Assembly (NCBI GenBank): GCA_045837725.1
Contig: JBEWZL010000043.1
Span: forward strand, 186,001-231,881
Length of the DNA stretch: 45,881 nucleotides
From: Vermamoeba vermiformis
Lineage: Eukaryota
Reading direction: 5' to 3'
Within the stretch, counting starts at the first letter, position 1. The number at the start of each line of letters is the position of its first letter. Below, piece after piece: positions 1 to 12,771 of this stretch. The translations under genes were made by a program, and so were the position numbers. Under the pieces are notes generated by a model. That model searched no databases. It was not told the origin of the DNA and saw nothing but the letters and a program-made list of their open reading frames with translations.

Positions 1-43
1 ATTTGTTTTAGACAAGTAGTTGAAAATACAAAAAATATTTGTG

Positions 44-2136
44 CTAATTAGGCAAATTTTCATACCTTGAAACGGGAAAAAGCGAAGATCCAGAGCTCGT
101 CTTAGCTGCTATTGCTTTCGCAGTCAATGCTATAATGACAATTAAATATTATTATCATTTTCAATTTGGAAATTTGAGGTCTTACGCAAGAAAGCCTTCG
201 ATCTGCCTCCCATTACTCCGATCCGTCTAATTTGAGCCAACATTTCGTTAAAATTGAGGCATGCGGTGATATTTAGTGTTTATATTTACAAATTTTGAAG
301 CTTAAAAAGAACAGAGCGTCCGGCGAAACTGTTTCCGTAATAATCCCGTTCCGAAACAACGGCGGATCCTGTACGTGTATTCTTCTGGGCCTACAACTTG
401 AGCACTGCATTAATAAATTCCAAGCCCAGTTTTTCTGCCCAGTTTTCTCCGTAAATGTCTCGCCAGCCTAAGTGACCTCCGTTTCTGGTCATGGCGATCA
501 CCATCTGAGAGGAGAGGTAAGGAAGTGAACTCAATGAACTCACAAAGGGAAATGTCTTACATTTGGATGCTTCTCGATAGCTTCAAGAGGCACGCAGCTG
601 ACAGGAACGATGGGATCGTCTTCTGCATTTGCACAAAGTAAGGGAATACCCAGGACAGCGGACTCCTTATTCTGCAGAAAACGATGAGTTGTGGACTAAA
701 AGCAATTGCTTTGGGACGTACCAGGCACATCCTTGAGCTTGCAAGTTCGTAGTAGTGGTTGCCAGACTCGAGTCCGTACAGCGTCGCGCTAAAGTGGTGC
801 GAAAGCTCCATCAACGTTTTTGACTAAAGCACGCAAATTAAAAATAGGCCAACGCATAATAATGATCTCACTTACTTTCGCAATGGCATCCCAGTTCAGT
901 TTCTCAACACCGTGGAACACTTCTTTGTGTCTAATAATAAACGATTGTTAGATGGATCCATCTGTGCAAAGAAGTTCAGAGCTTACCTTAAAATCTTTCT
1001 TCTTACTGCACGAGCTGCACCAAGATGGTAAACGTGATAGGCCATTCGAGCCCAAAACGGCTTGGAATTGTGTACACGTTCCAATTCTAGCAATAACGAG
1101 TTACATACTGGGTTAAAGCGGGCCAAGAGATCAATCTACTTACCTAGAAGATCGAATGGATTGCCAAATGATATTGCTGCTTTGAAGGGTACCTTCTTGC
1201 CTTCTTCGGATAGGTACTTGACCAAATAGTTTGCACCCAGTGAGAAGCCTAGATGGCCGTATTAGCGATACTCTACAACGCTTACATAGCATTCCAGAAC
1301 CGTACCCATGGCAATCAAAGTTTCGCCTTGTGTCTTCTTGACGACCTCGGCCACGCCATCGATCAAATCGCTCGCATCTGAAATGTTGTGTAACTTAGGT
1401 GTCTAGGCAGCGTTAGATTATTGTATGCAGTAGCATCAAATGTCTTACGATTGGTTCGTTGACTGAAGCTCGGAAATTCATCACCACGCACTTATAACCA
1501 TTCTCAGACATCGTGCGTACAAACCTTCGAATGTACGTCGAATTACTTCCACCTTAATATTGCAATATTAGACACAATCAATAATTGTCCTCGCACCTTC
1601 AAATCCAGGCAGGACCATTAAGGTCACGTTGTCCTTGGGCTCTTTCGGTTCCCACCAGTCTAGGCTGACAATACCGCCATCGCGGCAAGTAACGAGTTGT
1701 CTGAGAAATATTAGACAAGGGAATGTGCATTGCAAACAGCCCACCTCAAAAAATGAATTTTCGGCGCGATCGGTAAAAAGATCCCGATTATACTGTGCAC
1801 AACTCCGTTATAGGCGAGGTGAATTGATGGCCAGTAGGGTTTAGTTAGGCTGGGACATAAGGATATCAATTTTTTGTTCTGGGAGGTCTCTGGATGAGTT
1901 GGGAATTAGTTACGCGCCACTCCAACGCGCCAAATTAATTAATTTATTTCCAGCATTTTGTGGTACTTTTTTGTGCACATTCGAAAATGTAAAAATTATC
2001 CTTGTTTTGCAGGATCTAATTGTGAATGTGATTTACCTTGATAATAAAGCTTCGGATGCTTAACCAAGAAAAAGAAATAGTAGACAATATACAATAGTAT
2101 TATCGGCACTACCCCGTAAAGAAGTGTGGTCCACAT
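44..2136 (-). CDS. Multi-exon alpha/beta-hydrolase, ABHD1/2/3 (YheT/EHT1)-like, N-terminal membrane anchor
   Basis: Spliced translation gives hydrophobic N-terminus MWTTLLYGVVPIILLYIVYYFFF, nucleophile motif GFSLGANYLVKYLSEEG, acid motif NAEDDPIVP and His motif TRNGGHLGW; many short GT-AG introns; 3' end approximate. Confidence 0.85.
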
Positions 2137-2259
2137 GCCTTCAAAATAAAAAACTGTTTCACGAAACACGTGCAACTTTTTTTTTGTTGCTTCCGCACTG
2201 CTTAACACAGCACTGAGCCGTATATATTTGTAAATATTTAGTATTATAATTAGTGCAAT

Positions 2260-3652
2260 ATGGCCGCAGTAACGAAAGTTCGCTTGGACAAGTTGCTCAG
2301 TAATCTGGGATTGACAACTAGAAGAACTTATAAGGTAAGAATTTGCAAGACAATACTTATATTATTTTTATAATATTAATGGGTATATCTTCATACGTTG
2401 CGCAGCATGACAAAAGTAGATGCGATCAGATCTATTTTGAATATTTCAAAAGAAATTCACTAGGGACTAACAAATATTTATTGTAGGATTTTATTAAGCA
2501 AAATAAAATTACGGTAAAAGGAAAGACAGTTTTGAGCGGATCGGAACTAGTCGATCCAAACGACCTGTACATGGGGGACAAGCCCTTGCCTTATCCTAAC
2601 GAGTAAGCTAAACTATTAATAAGTAAATTTTAAATGCTAAATGGCTCTAGTTTGTTTATAATGATGCACAAGCCTCGTGGCTTCACTTCCTCACGCGAAC
2701 GTGACTCGCAAACAGATCAAATTGTGTTCGATTTATTGCCCGTAAGTATCACTGTCTCATCGTGTATTATCAATTGTTATTAACCACGACCAGGAAACCT
2801 TCATTAAACGAAGACCACTGCTTGGAGTTGCAGGTCGATTGGACAAATGGGCCTCGGGACTATTAGTGCTCAGCCAAGACGGTACGAAATCATATGATGC
2901 CTATCACTTGCTATCTTTGAAGTGATCTCACGATTGTGCTGTCACAGGCAAGTTTGTGTCGCGATTAATTTCACCAAAGAAGGCAGAACAAGGTCTGGGT
3001 AAAGTTTACGAAGTCACTTTGCAGAAAGATATGACGGGCAAAGAGAAAGAATTGTTTGAAAGCGGCGAAATGTTATTGACGGTACGCACACAGTGCTCTT
3101 ATTAAAGTACGGCCCGCTCATCCATGGATTTTAGGAGTGAAGATAAACCATGTAAACCAGCTAAAATAGAAGTTATCGATGCAGAAAAGAGGATTGTGAG
3201 GTAATTGGCGATGAATATGACCGACCAATGGTATTATTTGTAACACCTTCTCGTGCAGGATCACATTGTTTGAAGGCAAATACCATCAATTACGAAGAAT
3301 GCTTGCCGTGGCTGGTAATCGAGCTGTTGAAATTAAGCGCATTCAAGTTGGACCATTGAAGTTAGGCGATTTGCCGGTACGTTCGCATTTAAATCAGAAA
3401 TATGTTGCTGATATTTACACTGGCCAGGTCGGTCATTGGCGCGAATTAACCAAAGACGAAATCGAATCTGTAAATAACATTGGAAAGGCTTATAGCAATG
3501 TCGAAGCTGATTTTGAAATGGCACGCAAATTAAGAGAGTTCCACGAAAAACAGCGCATACAACGAGCGATTAATGAGACTGTCGTCAAGCCGCATGGAGG
3601 TCAATACAAGAAACCTGGCTCTAAAAACGCGAAAAATAAAGAGCAAATGTAA
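2260..3652 (+). CDS. Multi-exon pseudouridine synthase, RsuA/RluB/E/F family with S4-like N-terminus
   Basis: MAAVTKVRLDKLLSNLG (S4-like), HKPRG, catalytic GRLDKWASGLL, EGKYHQLRRMLAVAG and RIQVGPLKLGDL motifs across exons. Confidence 0.9.
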
Positions 3653-3752
3653 TTAAGAGAAATTTTAATTTTATACTAATAGTACACAGCTACAACTTCG
3701 CGTGACGCGCGACTCGTTTAACTTCATTCTCTTCGTCCTCCTCAGCTCCTAG

Positions 3753-4967
3753 TCATTCATTCGGCTCGGGACTGAAGTTCGCTGCATTCTTCTCGGCCTC
3801 TACTTCTTCTTTTGCGGACTCTTCTTTAAGTTTTTTTTTTTCGTCCTTGCTCCAAGCCTCGATTTCAGGAGGTGGCAGGACTAAGTCACCGCCCACGTCT
3901 TGAGGTAGATTATCGATGTCTACGATCTTCTTGAGTGTCTCTTTGTATTTTTTGTTGTCCAAAAAGTGGATCTGAGCGAGGTATAAGGAAGTGCGGTTAC
4001 TTGAGCTATTTATGGATTTCTTACCTTTTCACGAGTATTTTTGTCCATAAAAGCCTTAATGATTTTCCACTATACACGGTTTAAGGTTAATACTCGTTGG
4101 TATCGTGGATGCGTTTAACTTACAGCAGCCAAAAAAATCCAAGGATGATTCAAGATTAAGGCTGAGCCAAGTCGCTCGGGATAATAGTTTTGGAATACAT
4201 CTAAGCACGCTTTGGCAATGCTAAAGTCGTTGTGTTTGTTTGAGTAGCTCGCAAGATCCATCAGCACGAGAATTCGTTCGACGCCTTTCATTCTTGAAGC
4301 AGTTATTGATTATTACGGTGCGCTCGAGTAATGAGTAACTTACGAGGCAATAAGACTCTCCAATACGTATACAAATAGCCTCACTGTTCCTTCATGATCA
4401 CGTTTGTTCGGATTGTAACGCTCCATGCGCACTGCTCACATTAACAAAGGGTTTGATCATGACGAAAATTACACTTACTATATACTACTGGGCGTCCGAA
4501 TTTGTCTGGTTTTGGAAGCACGTAGTAAACGCCCCACCGACTCACTAGATTGACTTTCGGATCCGAGAAATCAATTACTCCGAACTCCTTTCGCCATTTC
4601 TTAGCAACAAAAAATTAGTGCATGCGAAAAACTCGTATCATGCCGGTTCGGAATTCCGTGGTGGGAATTACAAAATATTTAAATTAAAAATTGTATCATT
4701 ACCACAAAGTTTAGCAGCATCTTCGTTGAGTCCTTCATATTGTATTTTCGTGCGCGCAAAAATCTGTAATAAAATGCATCGTCGTATTGATCTGCTTCGG
4801 TTCCTAAAGCGGTTTTAATGTTGCCTTTAAACTGCTCAAATATCTATAAATGATGTATTGATCAATACCGCCGCATTCCGTGCCACGATATTACTAACCT
4901 TGATTTGCTCGGCAGTAGGCGGATCGAACAAAGGATTGTATTTTCTCTCAATTTCAGGATCGGCCAT
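3753..4967 (-). CDS. Multi-exon CRAL-TRIO (Sec14-like) lipid-binding protein
   Basis: Exon encoding QNYYPERLGSALILNHPWIF and C-terminal IDNLPQDVGG, both typical of CRAL-TRIO; start MADPEIERKY at 4967. Confidence 0.85.
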
Positions 4968-5096
4968 TCTGTGTTGCTTTCTTGATGTTGATCGTAGGTA
5001 CTCACTACGTGGTAGGCATGAAAATAACAATATCCGCAGAACATTTTTTCTTGCGCCCTATTTTTAGTCATGCAATCTTATTGGTTTGGATCGGGT

Positions 5097-6287
5097 TTAT
5101 TTCGAAACACTTTCGAGGTATATTTCGGTCGCACTTACTACATCACTCCAATTAAGTCGTTTTGCTTGCATTTGAATTTCACGGACCACGGCCGCGCTAA
5201 ATTTAGGTGATTTCAAAAGTTCGAGGACTACGGATTCGTGCCTATTTTTGACTGCCATGTGGAGAGCTGAATTGTCTTTGTCCGTGGGATCGACACGAGG
5301 GTCCTGCAGTAACAGGCCTACGATGTCGGTGTGACCTTCTATTGCTGCCCAGCGAATTGGTGAGTTGTGCAAAGCGGTCGGATCCACCCGCTTGTCTTTG
5401 AGCAGCACGCGCACGGCATGGAAACTGCCTTTCATTGCGGCCATGCGTATAGGCTCGTTGTCATTAATAGTCGGATCCACTGACGGAGTAGCAAGTAGCA
5501 ATGGAATTAGCGCGAAATTTCCGTACGTCGCGGCGGTGACCAGCACGCTCGAGCACGCTTCGGCATTGTTCACTCGTCGCTCGTAATCGAGCATCATGAC
5601 CGCTATTTCGTTGTGTTTGTGCTGCACGGCAAGTTGTAAGCCCTGCGTGATATCGACATTAGCTGCTTGTGGTGCTAAGTAGTCTACAATGTGTTTGTAT
5701 CCAAGAGTGCACGCCTGTGTTATTGTCGCTGTGATCGCGTGGCGCTGATTAGCATTGTCTGCAAGGGACTGATAGAGCAGTTTGAAGGCCTCGAGGTGAC
5801 CGTTTTTCGAGGCACGTGGTATGGCTTCTACAGCAAGTAGCTCTTGATCTTGATTGTCAGGGTGCTTCATAATGAGATCGATCACTTCGCACTGATTTAA
5901 ATGTGCACAGCTGAGCAGAATATGTTTGAAAATCGATGCTCCGTTAGACAGAGTTTGCGGTACCAAGTTGTGGTGAAGCAGCAGTTTGATGATTCCGAAC
6001 TGTGCTTGGTCTGCTAGCAACATGACGTATAATGCGACTTCTGCTGGTAATATTTCTGCTTTTGTCTTGGGATTGCCAAGGATCATTTCCAACATGCGAA
6101 GATTGTGAGCCAGAAGGGACATCTTAAATACTCTTTTAACGTCTTCTATAAACCTTGGATCTGATAGTAAAAATTTATAGGCTAAATTCGAGGTCTGCTT
6201 CGAGACAAAGACCCATTCGATCGGGCAGTAGGACAGAACTTCGTTGGCGACTAGCTCGCGTGGTAATAATGCGCCATATTTTGCCAA
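5097..6287 (-). CDS. Ankyrin-repeat protein with F-box-like N-terminus
   Basis: 396-codon ORF with repeats such as VDPTINDNEPIRMAAMKGS and VDPTALHNSPIRWAAIEGH; N-terminal LPRELVANEVLSY..WVFVSK. No in-frame ATG at the ORF start, so the true start is uncertain. Confidence 0.85.
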   Translation of the reverse strand: MAKYGALLPRELVANEVLSYCPIEWVFVSKQTSNLAYKFLLSDPRFIEDVKRVFKMSLLAHNLRMLEMILGNPKTKAEILPAEVALYVMLLADQAQFGIIKLLLHHNLVPQTLSNGASIFKHILLSCAHLNQCEVIDLIMKHPDNQDQELLAVEAIPRASKNGHLEAFKLLYQSLADNANQRHAITATITQACTLGYKHIVDYLAPQAANVDITQGLQLAVQHKHNEIAVMMLDYERRVNNAEACSSVLVTAATYGNFALIPLLLATPSVDPTINDNEPIRMAAMKGSFHAVRVLLKDKRVDPTALHNSPIRWAAIEGHTDIVGLLLQDPRVDPTDKDNSALHMAVKNRHESVVLELLKSPKFSAAVVREIQMQAKRLNWSDVVSATEIYLESVSK

Positions 6288-6610
6288 AAATTCTTCACTA
6301 TTGATCGTTTCATTATCGTTACCTTTGTCTTTTTTAATTATTAATTCAAAAAAAGCAGATCGAAGAAATTAATTTTCAATTTCAGAAATGACCAGATTCT
6401 AACTTTAACAACAAATTTGGTCGTGTTAGGGGCCATTACCGATAATAAAAATAATTTGTTGACAAACTTACGTCTTTTTGCGGCTCTGTCAGTCGCGATC
6501 TTCAATCGGTCTTTTGTGCATCATTCAGTATTTTATAAAACATAAATATTTACAGTTGTGCTCGTGTAAGCTCAAAATTGTACAACTTTATTCACAAAAA
6601 TTTCGCTGAG

Positions 6611-8020
6611 CTATTTTTTGTCTGGCTCACTGGTTTCACCGCACCAAAACCCTTTGCAGGGCTCAAATTCACCTGTGTTCAAATCCCAATTCATATATCT
6701 CGGTGTTACTTTCGAGTAGTCTATCGTGTTGTTGGGCATTTTGACTCCAAGCCATTTCTTTACTACCCTCTCTGGCGGCGCCTTTTTGAAGTTGATGCCC
6801 TCATTCAGGCCAATGTGCATGATGCGACTGACGCGCGGCACCAGCGTGAGCGTTTTTTTGCTATTTCTCCACTAAAATAACAGTTGAAGTTGAGCCTCGC
6901 ACAAAGTAAGATCGTTTGCAACTTACGCGTCCAAGACTAATGTCCCAGTTACCGAACCAACCCCATTCGGGACTCACATCGGCCCATTGTTCGTCAGTCA
7001 TTACCCAGCCAAGCAATGAGGTGTGCTTGTATGGGATCAGCAAATCAATGTTAGGATTGTTTTCCTCTTGGGAGCCAAGATTGAATGACGACACCGTGAA
7101 GACTTGTGGTTTGAGTGTCTTGTTGCGGATAATATGCTTCTCGCTCCACTTCATAAATTCGTAAAAGTCCACGGACGGCTTCAGATCTGCTTCAAGTACG
7201 ATAACTGCGTCAAACTAAAAACAGCATTAGTTCTTTTGACTCGTCTATTTGAACTATATTCGATGTTACCTGGTAGTCGTCGAGTGCTAGGCTGAGTAGA
7301 AAATAAGTGTTCCACGAGACATTCACGTCACCGCCTAACAATCCAAAGTACGGCTGTCTGTGCCTGTAGTGCACGATGTTCAACTTCGATGCAAAAGACG
7401 CAATTACTTCAGCGACTCCTTTTTTGTTGCCGTCTTGTGAAATGATCACTGCAGTCTAATGCGCAAAATATTAATCCGAGTCGTACTATTTGACCGATTG
7501 CAAGTGCCTACCTCATTAATATTTTGACAATTTGAAAGCGCTTCAAGCACTTCTCGTAGCACTTCTGGACGATTATACGCTGGTATTACAATCGGTAAGG
7601 CAGACGTTTGTTTCTTAACGCGCAGTAATAATTCTGAGGGATCGCCTAATTCCCATCGTCCACGAGTAAGTAGCGCCGATATAAATAATATCTCGGCAAT
7701 TAAGAAAAAGGCAGCGACTCCAATAAGTTTCTGAAAAAGTGAATATTTAATAATAAGATTATTTTAATATTTTGTTTAAACATGATAATTACACGACTAA
7801 AGGTCACAAATAAACAAGGTTTGCACCAAACTATAATTAAATAAAATCAAATAAATATTTTACATAATTAGTAAGAATGTCAAAACAATCGTTTGATCCA
7901 AATCTGTTTTGCTTTGAATAAATAGCAAAAAAAACTTTGAAATATTGCAAAAAGTATTATTAGAGTTTAAATTACCTTTTTTGACGTATTGGAAAACATT
8001 CCCGGATCGGATCTACCCAT
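6611..8020 (-). CDS. Multi-exon GT13 family (GnT-I/POMGNT1-like) N-acetylglucosaminyltransferase, type II membrane
   Basis: LPIVIPAYNRP, IISQDG, VIVLEADLKPSVDFYEF, VSSFN, WD and PRVSRIMHIG motifs match the GT13 pattern. Confidence 0.75.
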
Positions 8021-8255
8021 CTTCACAATCAGAGTACTTCCGCCCGAACATTGAAACGTATTGAGTGGGTGCTGCTAACGTGGTTTACACTAGCAAGAAA
8101 AAAAAATAGTTCGGCTTGCAAAAAGTGATTTTTTTTCGAAATTTTAATTTTGGGCGCCTAATTTTGAACTTCACACTACGTTTCTCACGAATACACGTTC
8201 TGTGAAAGTCAATCGAAAACTGTTTACTGCAAGGTTGAATAAAACAAGCAAGTTA

Positions 8256-9464
8256 TTAATAGTTGGCTTGAATGCGCACGTAGCCCTTGGGACGTCTGAC
8301 GTACACTATGACGGCAATAACAGCCACAACAACGACCACGGCTACTCCACCAATGATCAAGTAGACCCATTTGCCGAGACTATCCTTAGGGCCCAAGTTA
8401 ACAACTGAAATGATATGCAAGTTAGATCTAGATTAACGCTCTATTAAGCTATTCAGTCCTTTACGTACTGGCATTGATGTAGAAACTCGAAAACACGGAT
8501 TGCTTGTTCGCGAGGAACGAACTTGATAGTATAATTCTCGAAGCCAGCGTCTTGATTAGATGCATTAGTGCTGCGGTAGATAGCTAGTGAATTATACTTA
8601 CCGAATTGAGCCGTGAAAGTCCAAGTGGTGACGTTACTGACCACGGGGAAGGATTGAAGCTGTAATGCTTCAGCTGCGCAATTTTGACGCGCCTCCATAA
8701 CTACGACATCCATGAAATTATCAAGAGGAACTGCGTGGTAGCGTTAGTGCATATGGTTAAGATGCTCATAGGCGTGCTTACCACCAGAAGAGATAGCGAC
8801 AGTAAATTTCTTCGTGACATCTTTGTCGCCGGTTGAAATCAAAAATGGAAGTCCTTTGAAGGCGTTTGGCACGAGGTTTACAGCTCTTGTTTCGTTATTA
8901 GGAAGATCAAGCGAAGCTATTTTCAGACGTGTTATTCGTTTGTTACAAACAAGAATAATTGAGCAACGTACTTTGCGTAAGTGTCACTTCGTAAGACAGA
9001 TCTGTTGCGCTTTCAAGGTATACATAGTAGCTCATACTATCAGCAGATCCACCTAGTGTGCAAAAGGGAACATATAGTTCGTAGGTAGGGGTGAGAGCCT
9101 AAGATCCGAAATAAAATTAAATCTTGAAATTATTTTATTTAATAAATCAATTAAAATTTAATCGTTTTACGTACGCGACTGATAGTTAAATTATATTTGC
9201 GGTCTCCAACGCCATAAAATACTGTGCCACTTCCTTGGGGAATGTTAAAAGCCAAGTTAACATAACCGTTCGAATATTTTAACGGTTCAACACCAGTTAT
9301 GTTGATAATACGCTCGTTGGGGCCTTGATTTTTCCATGTTTGAGACGATGAAGGGAAGTTTTGACAGATGGCGCAAGCTGGATCGAATTTAATAACAAAT
9401 ACTATCAGCTAACACAAAACTACATACCCACGAAAGCGACTAGAATTATGGTTGTGGCTTTCAT
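8256..9464 (-). CDS. Multi-exon type I membrane glycoprotein with GYxxI tail
   Basis: Signal peptide MKATTIILVAFV; several N-x-S/T sites; TM segment VYLIIGGVAVVVVVAVIAVIVYV; tail RRPKGYVRIQANY*. Confidence 0.7.
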
Positions 9465-9726
9465 TTCGGCTGCTTTGATAAATGAGCTGGAATAACATTT
9501 TGTGCATTTGTCACGAAAAAACGGAAGATCACACAACTCCTGTTGTCCTTTCTGTATTCTACGTTTGAAAAGTCGGGAGAATGGTAGATATCGGCTAATT
9601 ACGACATATTTCGTAATTTTAGCATTAATGAGCTATTTTTGACAAGCGAGGATCTTGAATTTATTACTCTACAACGTTATATTCTTATTATAATTACACT
9701 AAATGCTCGTTCAAGGTGTATTCCCT

Positions 9727-11484
9727 TTAGTTCTTTCGTTGCTTGCTTGGCAGTGTCGGTTCAAAGTCAGCGGGCACTTCAAACAACGCAACGGGACTTT
9801 CGTGCTCGATGTACTTTTCGAAGCAGGCAATGGCAGTCACCGTCGGAAAGACTGGGATTTCTGCAAGGAACAGGTCAGAGGTGTCGCATGTAACCATTTG
9901 CACGTACCAATCTTAAGCGGGAACTCGCCAGGCGGGAGTGCTCTAGCCAGAGTTTCGACGGGTTGGAAAAATCGTTTTGGCAAACCGAGCGACAACAAGC
10001 TGAAAATTTCTTCGACTGAGCGAGGGAACTCTTTACTCGCAAAGATTGTTCCTCGGAACGATTTTTGTTTCACATCAACCGATTCGTTCGGGTGCAACAG
10101 CGGTACTGGTGAGGTCTTAAAGATATTAATTACTGTAAAATACATTTTATGAATTGAATGTTGCTTACTTGTGATGCGAACTGTTGATAATCGAATGGTG
10201 GATTGACCGTCTGTTTCATCAAGGAGCGACGCAACACGCGCAATTCAACACCTTCGAACGAGAACAATTTGCAACGGTAATCGCCAACTTTGCTAGTTTT
10301 CAGCGAACCAAGCCTAGAAATGGTTGAGTTAGCTTCATTCAATTCCGAATCTTTTTACATACCAGTTTCGCATTGAATCCAACTTGACATTTTCCATGTT
10401 CGGAGTTGTGCTTAAAAGTTCTTGTGCCATTAACAAATCAATTTCTTCCGAGATCAGCTAGACAACGACGATTAATACACCAGAATAATGCTCGTGTACG
10501 TTGCTAACCTCTTCATTAACGTTATCCAGCGAGTCTGCCACGTGCTCGTATCGATTTGTGTTGTAGTCCAAGACAATCACAGAGGCACCATTGGGGTCAT
10601 CTACACAACAATACTATTAGTATCGCTACAAAATAACTATGAGGCGAACGTACTCTTGTCTTCTTTGAAAATCATCGAAATATTACCGCGCAACCACTTG
10701 CCGTGTTCTGCATAAGTTAGTGACGTGACCATAATGCTAATAATGCGTCTTACCAAATCCCATGAGTGTGCTGTCGATGCGCAGAGCAGTGCCGCGCTTG
10801 AATATTTTGTACCTATAGTTGCGGGTGAGTGGCTGTTCACGAATCGAAATTGAAGGTAAGGCGTAGCACTTACGTATCGCTAGGGCAAAATCGCCATAAG
10901 AATGGTACCCATGATTTAAATTCCCATCGAAATTCCATTTCAAAGTCTGGCAGCTGTATTTAAGGAGGCATTAAGTACTTAATGCGCTAGGTAATTGCGA
11001 GATCTAGTTTGCAAAATTGCAAAACGATAAATACCTTTCGTAATATTTCTAATAATTGTGGCATTCGTTCTTTGTATTCTTTATTGTTCGTGTGCTGAAC
11101 GCCAACGTAGATCTGTTCTAAAATTTCTTTCAGACCGCTCGCTTGAGCTTCTTCTAATGGAGTCCATCCTGTTGCAAAAAATCAACATAAAAATATTAAT
11201 ATTATTTATGGCGTTCCTATTTAAAATAATTCGTCCCAAAGAAATTTAATAAACGTATCTAGATTGAAAAAGCTGGTACCTGATAAACTTGGCAGAGTGG
11301 GATTAGCACCCTTTGATAGCAAATATTTTACAACGTCCAATTTCTGTAAGTATATCGCAATGTGTAAAGCAGTATTTCCGGCAGGATCGTGCGCGTTGAT
11401 GTCAAAACTGCTATCGCTATCAATTAAATCTTGAATATCCTCAATAGATCCATCAACGATAAGTTCAAATATATTCTTGCTCAT
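9727..11484 (-). CDS. Multi-exon ANKRD13-like protein (ankyrin repeats + GPCR-chaperone-type domain)
   Basis: N-terminal GNTALHIAIYL ankyrin; KWNFDG, LRIDSTLMGF, WLRGNISMIFK, LPPGEFPLKI and LFEVPADF match the ANKRD13 family pattern. Confidence 0.8.
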
Positions 11485-11660
11485 TGTGATAGTGCGCGCA
11501 GTGCCAATTAATCAAAAATATTTTCAGCTTGATTTACGTTGGTTCAATTCATTCCGGCGACAAAAAAGAGTTTAAAGCCGGGCTGCTGACAGCAGCTTCG
11601 TGATCCTTTTTAAGTGCAAGTTCAATTATTTATTTGAACCTTGAGTAAGATTTTACCGAG

Positions 11661-12571
11661 TTAGTCGATCTCGTACACGCTCTGAATTGCTAGTGTTCGA
11701 TGTTCATCGCTGACCACTGTGACTTCCTTATTGATTCCCATACGATACTGCGGTTTGCTAAAATACCCGTTAGTGAAGTTGCATGCCGATGTAAACAAAG
11801 GTATAAACGTACTTTGGATGCGCGCTATGTTTCCATAAGAGCAGCCACCGGTCTACTAATGTCGACAATACCACACGCTTTGTGTGGCAAATTTCGCTAA
11901 AATATTCGATGACTTGTTGCTCTGAAAGCGATTTCGTGTCTGTGATCTGGGATGCAATAATTAACATTGCTTAGGAGAGTTGTTGTTCTTAACCATAATT
12001 ATTACCTTTACACAAGGTCGATAAAATGATATTTCGTATGCCGATTTTATGCCTCCTTCGGTCAGTATTTTACGAGTTTGTTCCAAGATTGACTTGTCGA
12101 CGCGCTGCTCGACCATTTCCAGTACGAACGATATTTTATAGGACTGTCCAAAGGGCACACTGCAATCTATTGTTCTATTCTTCGCATATGTCTTTAAGTT
12201 GTTGCGTAATGCTATGAAATGCTTTTTCCATAATTTGTCATCGAAAAATTCTAGAACCTAGAATTTTAAGTCAGTATTAAATATTCGAGATTACATTAGG
12301 CATAAAACTGAGATTAATTCGTAATTATTCGTATTTTTATGTAATTAATTATCTTACTTGCTGTAGTCTTTTCGAGCACATTTCTACCATCAATAATTCT
12401 CGCCACGATAAATTTGCTATTATTTGAAGGATTATTTCGGAAGGGAGAAGATCGAACACGGGCAGAGTCTGAACTTGGCCTCTTCTGAAAGTGTTGGGGT
12501 GGAAAACGAATTGCATTATGGACTTGATTACATTGCTGTGCAGTGAATCGCAGGTCGCGAGAAATAATCAT
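11661..12571 (-). CDS. Multi-exon hypothetical protein
   Basis: Several minus-strand ORF pieces join at GT-AG introns; basic/Ser-rich N-terminus; no family recognised; start uncertain. Confidence 0.5.
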
Positions 12572-12771
12572 TACAGCAAAATTCTTTCGGAAAAAGAAGT
12601 GTGTCCCGTCAATATAATTATAATTTATGTTTCCGTTTTATTTTGCATCCACGACCACACAAGTAGTAATAACACGGAACACGTAATATCTTCGTTTTAA
12701 GATAATAATGGTGATAATTTTGTTATAATTTGGCAAGAATATTTAATATTTAGTAACGTATCTTGATAGGA

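Noticed and set aside
5365-10152. Plus-strand ORFs opposite the ankyrin, GT13 and ANKRD13 genes
   Set aside because: Antisense shadows of well-supported minus-strand genes.
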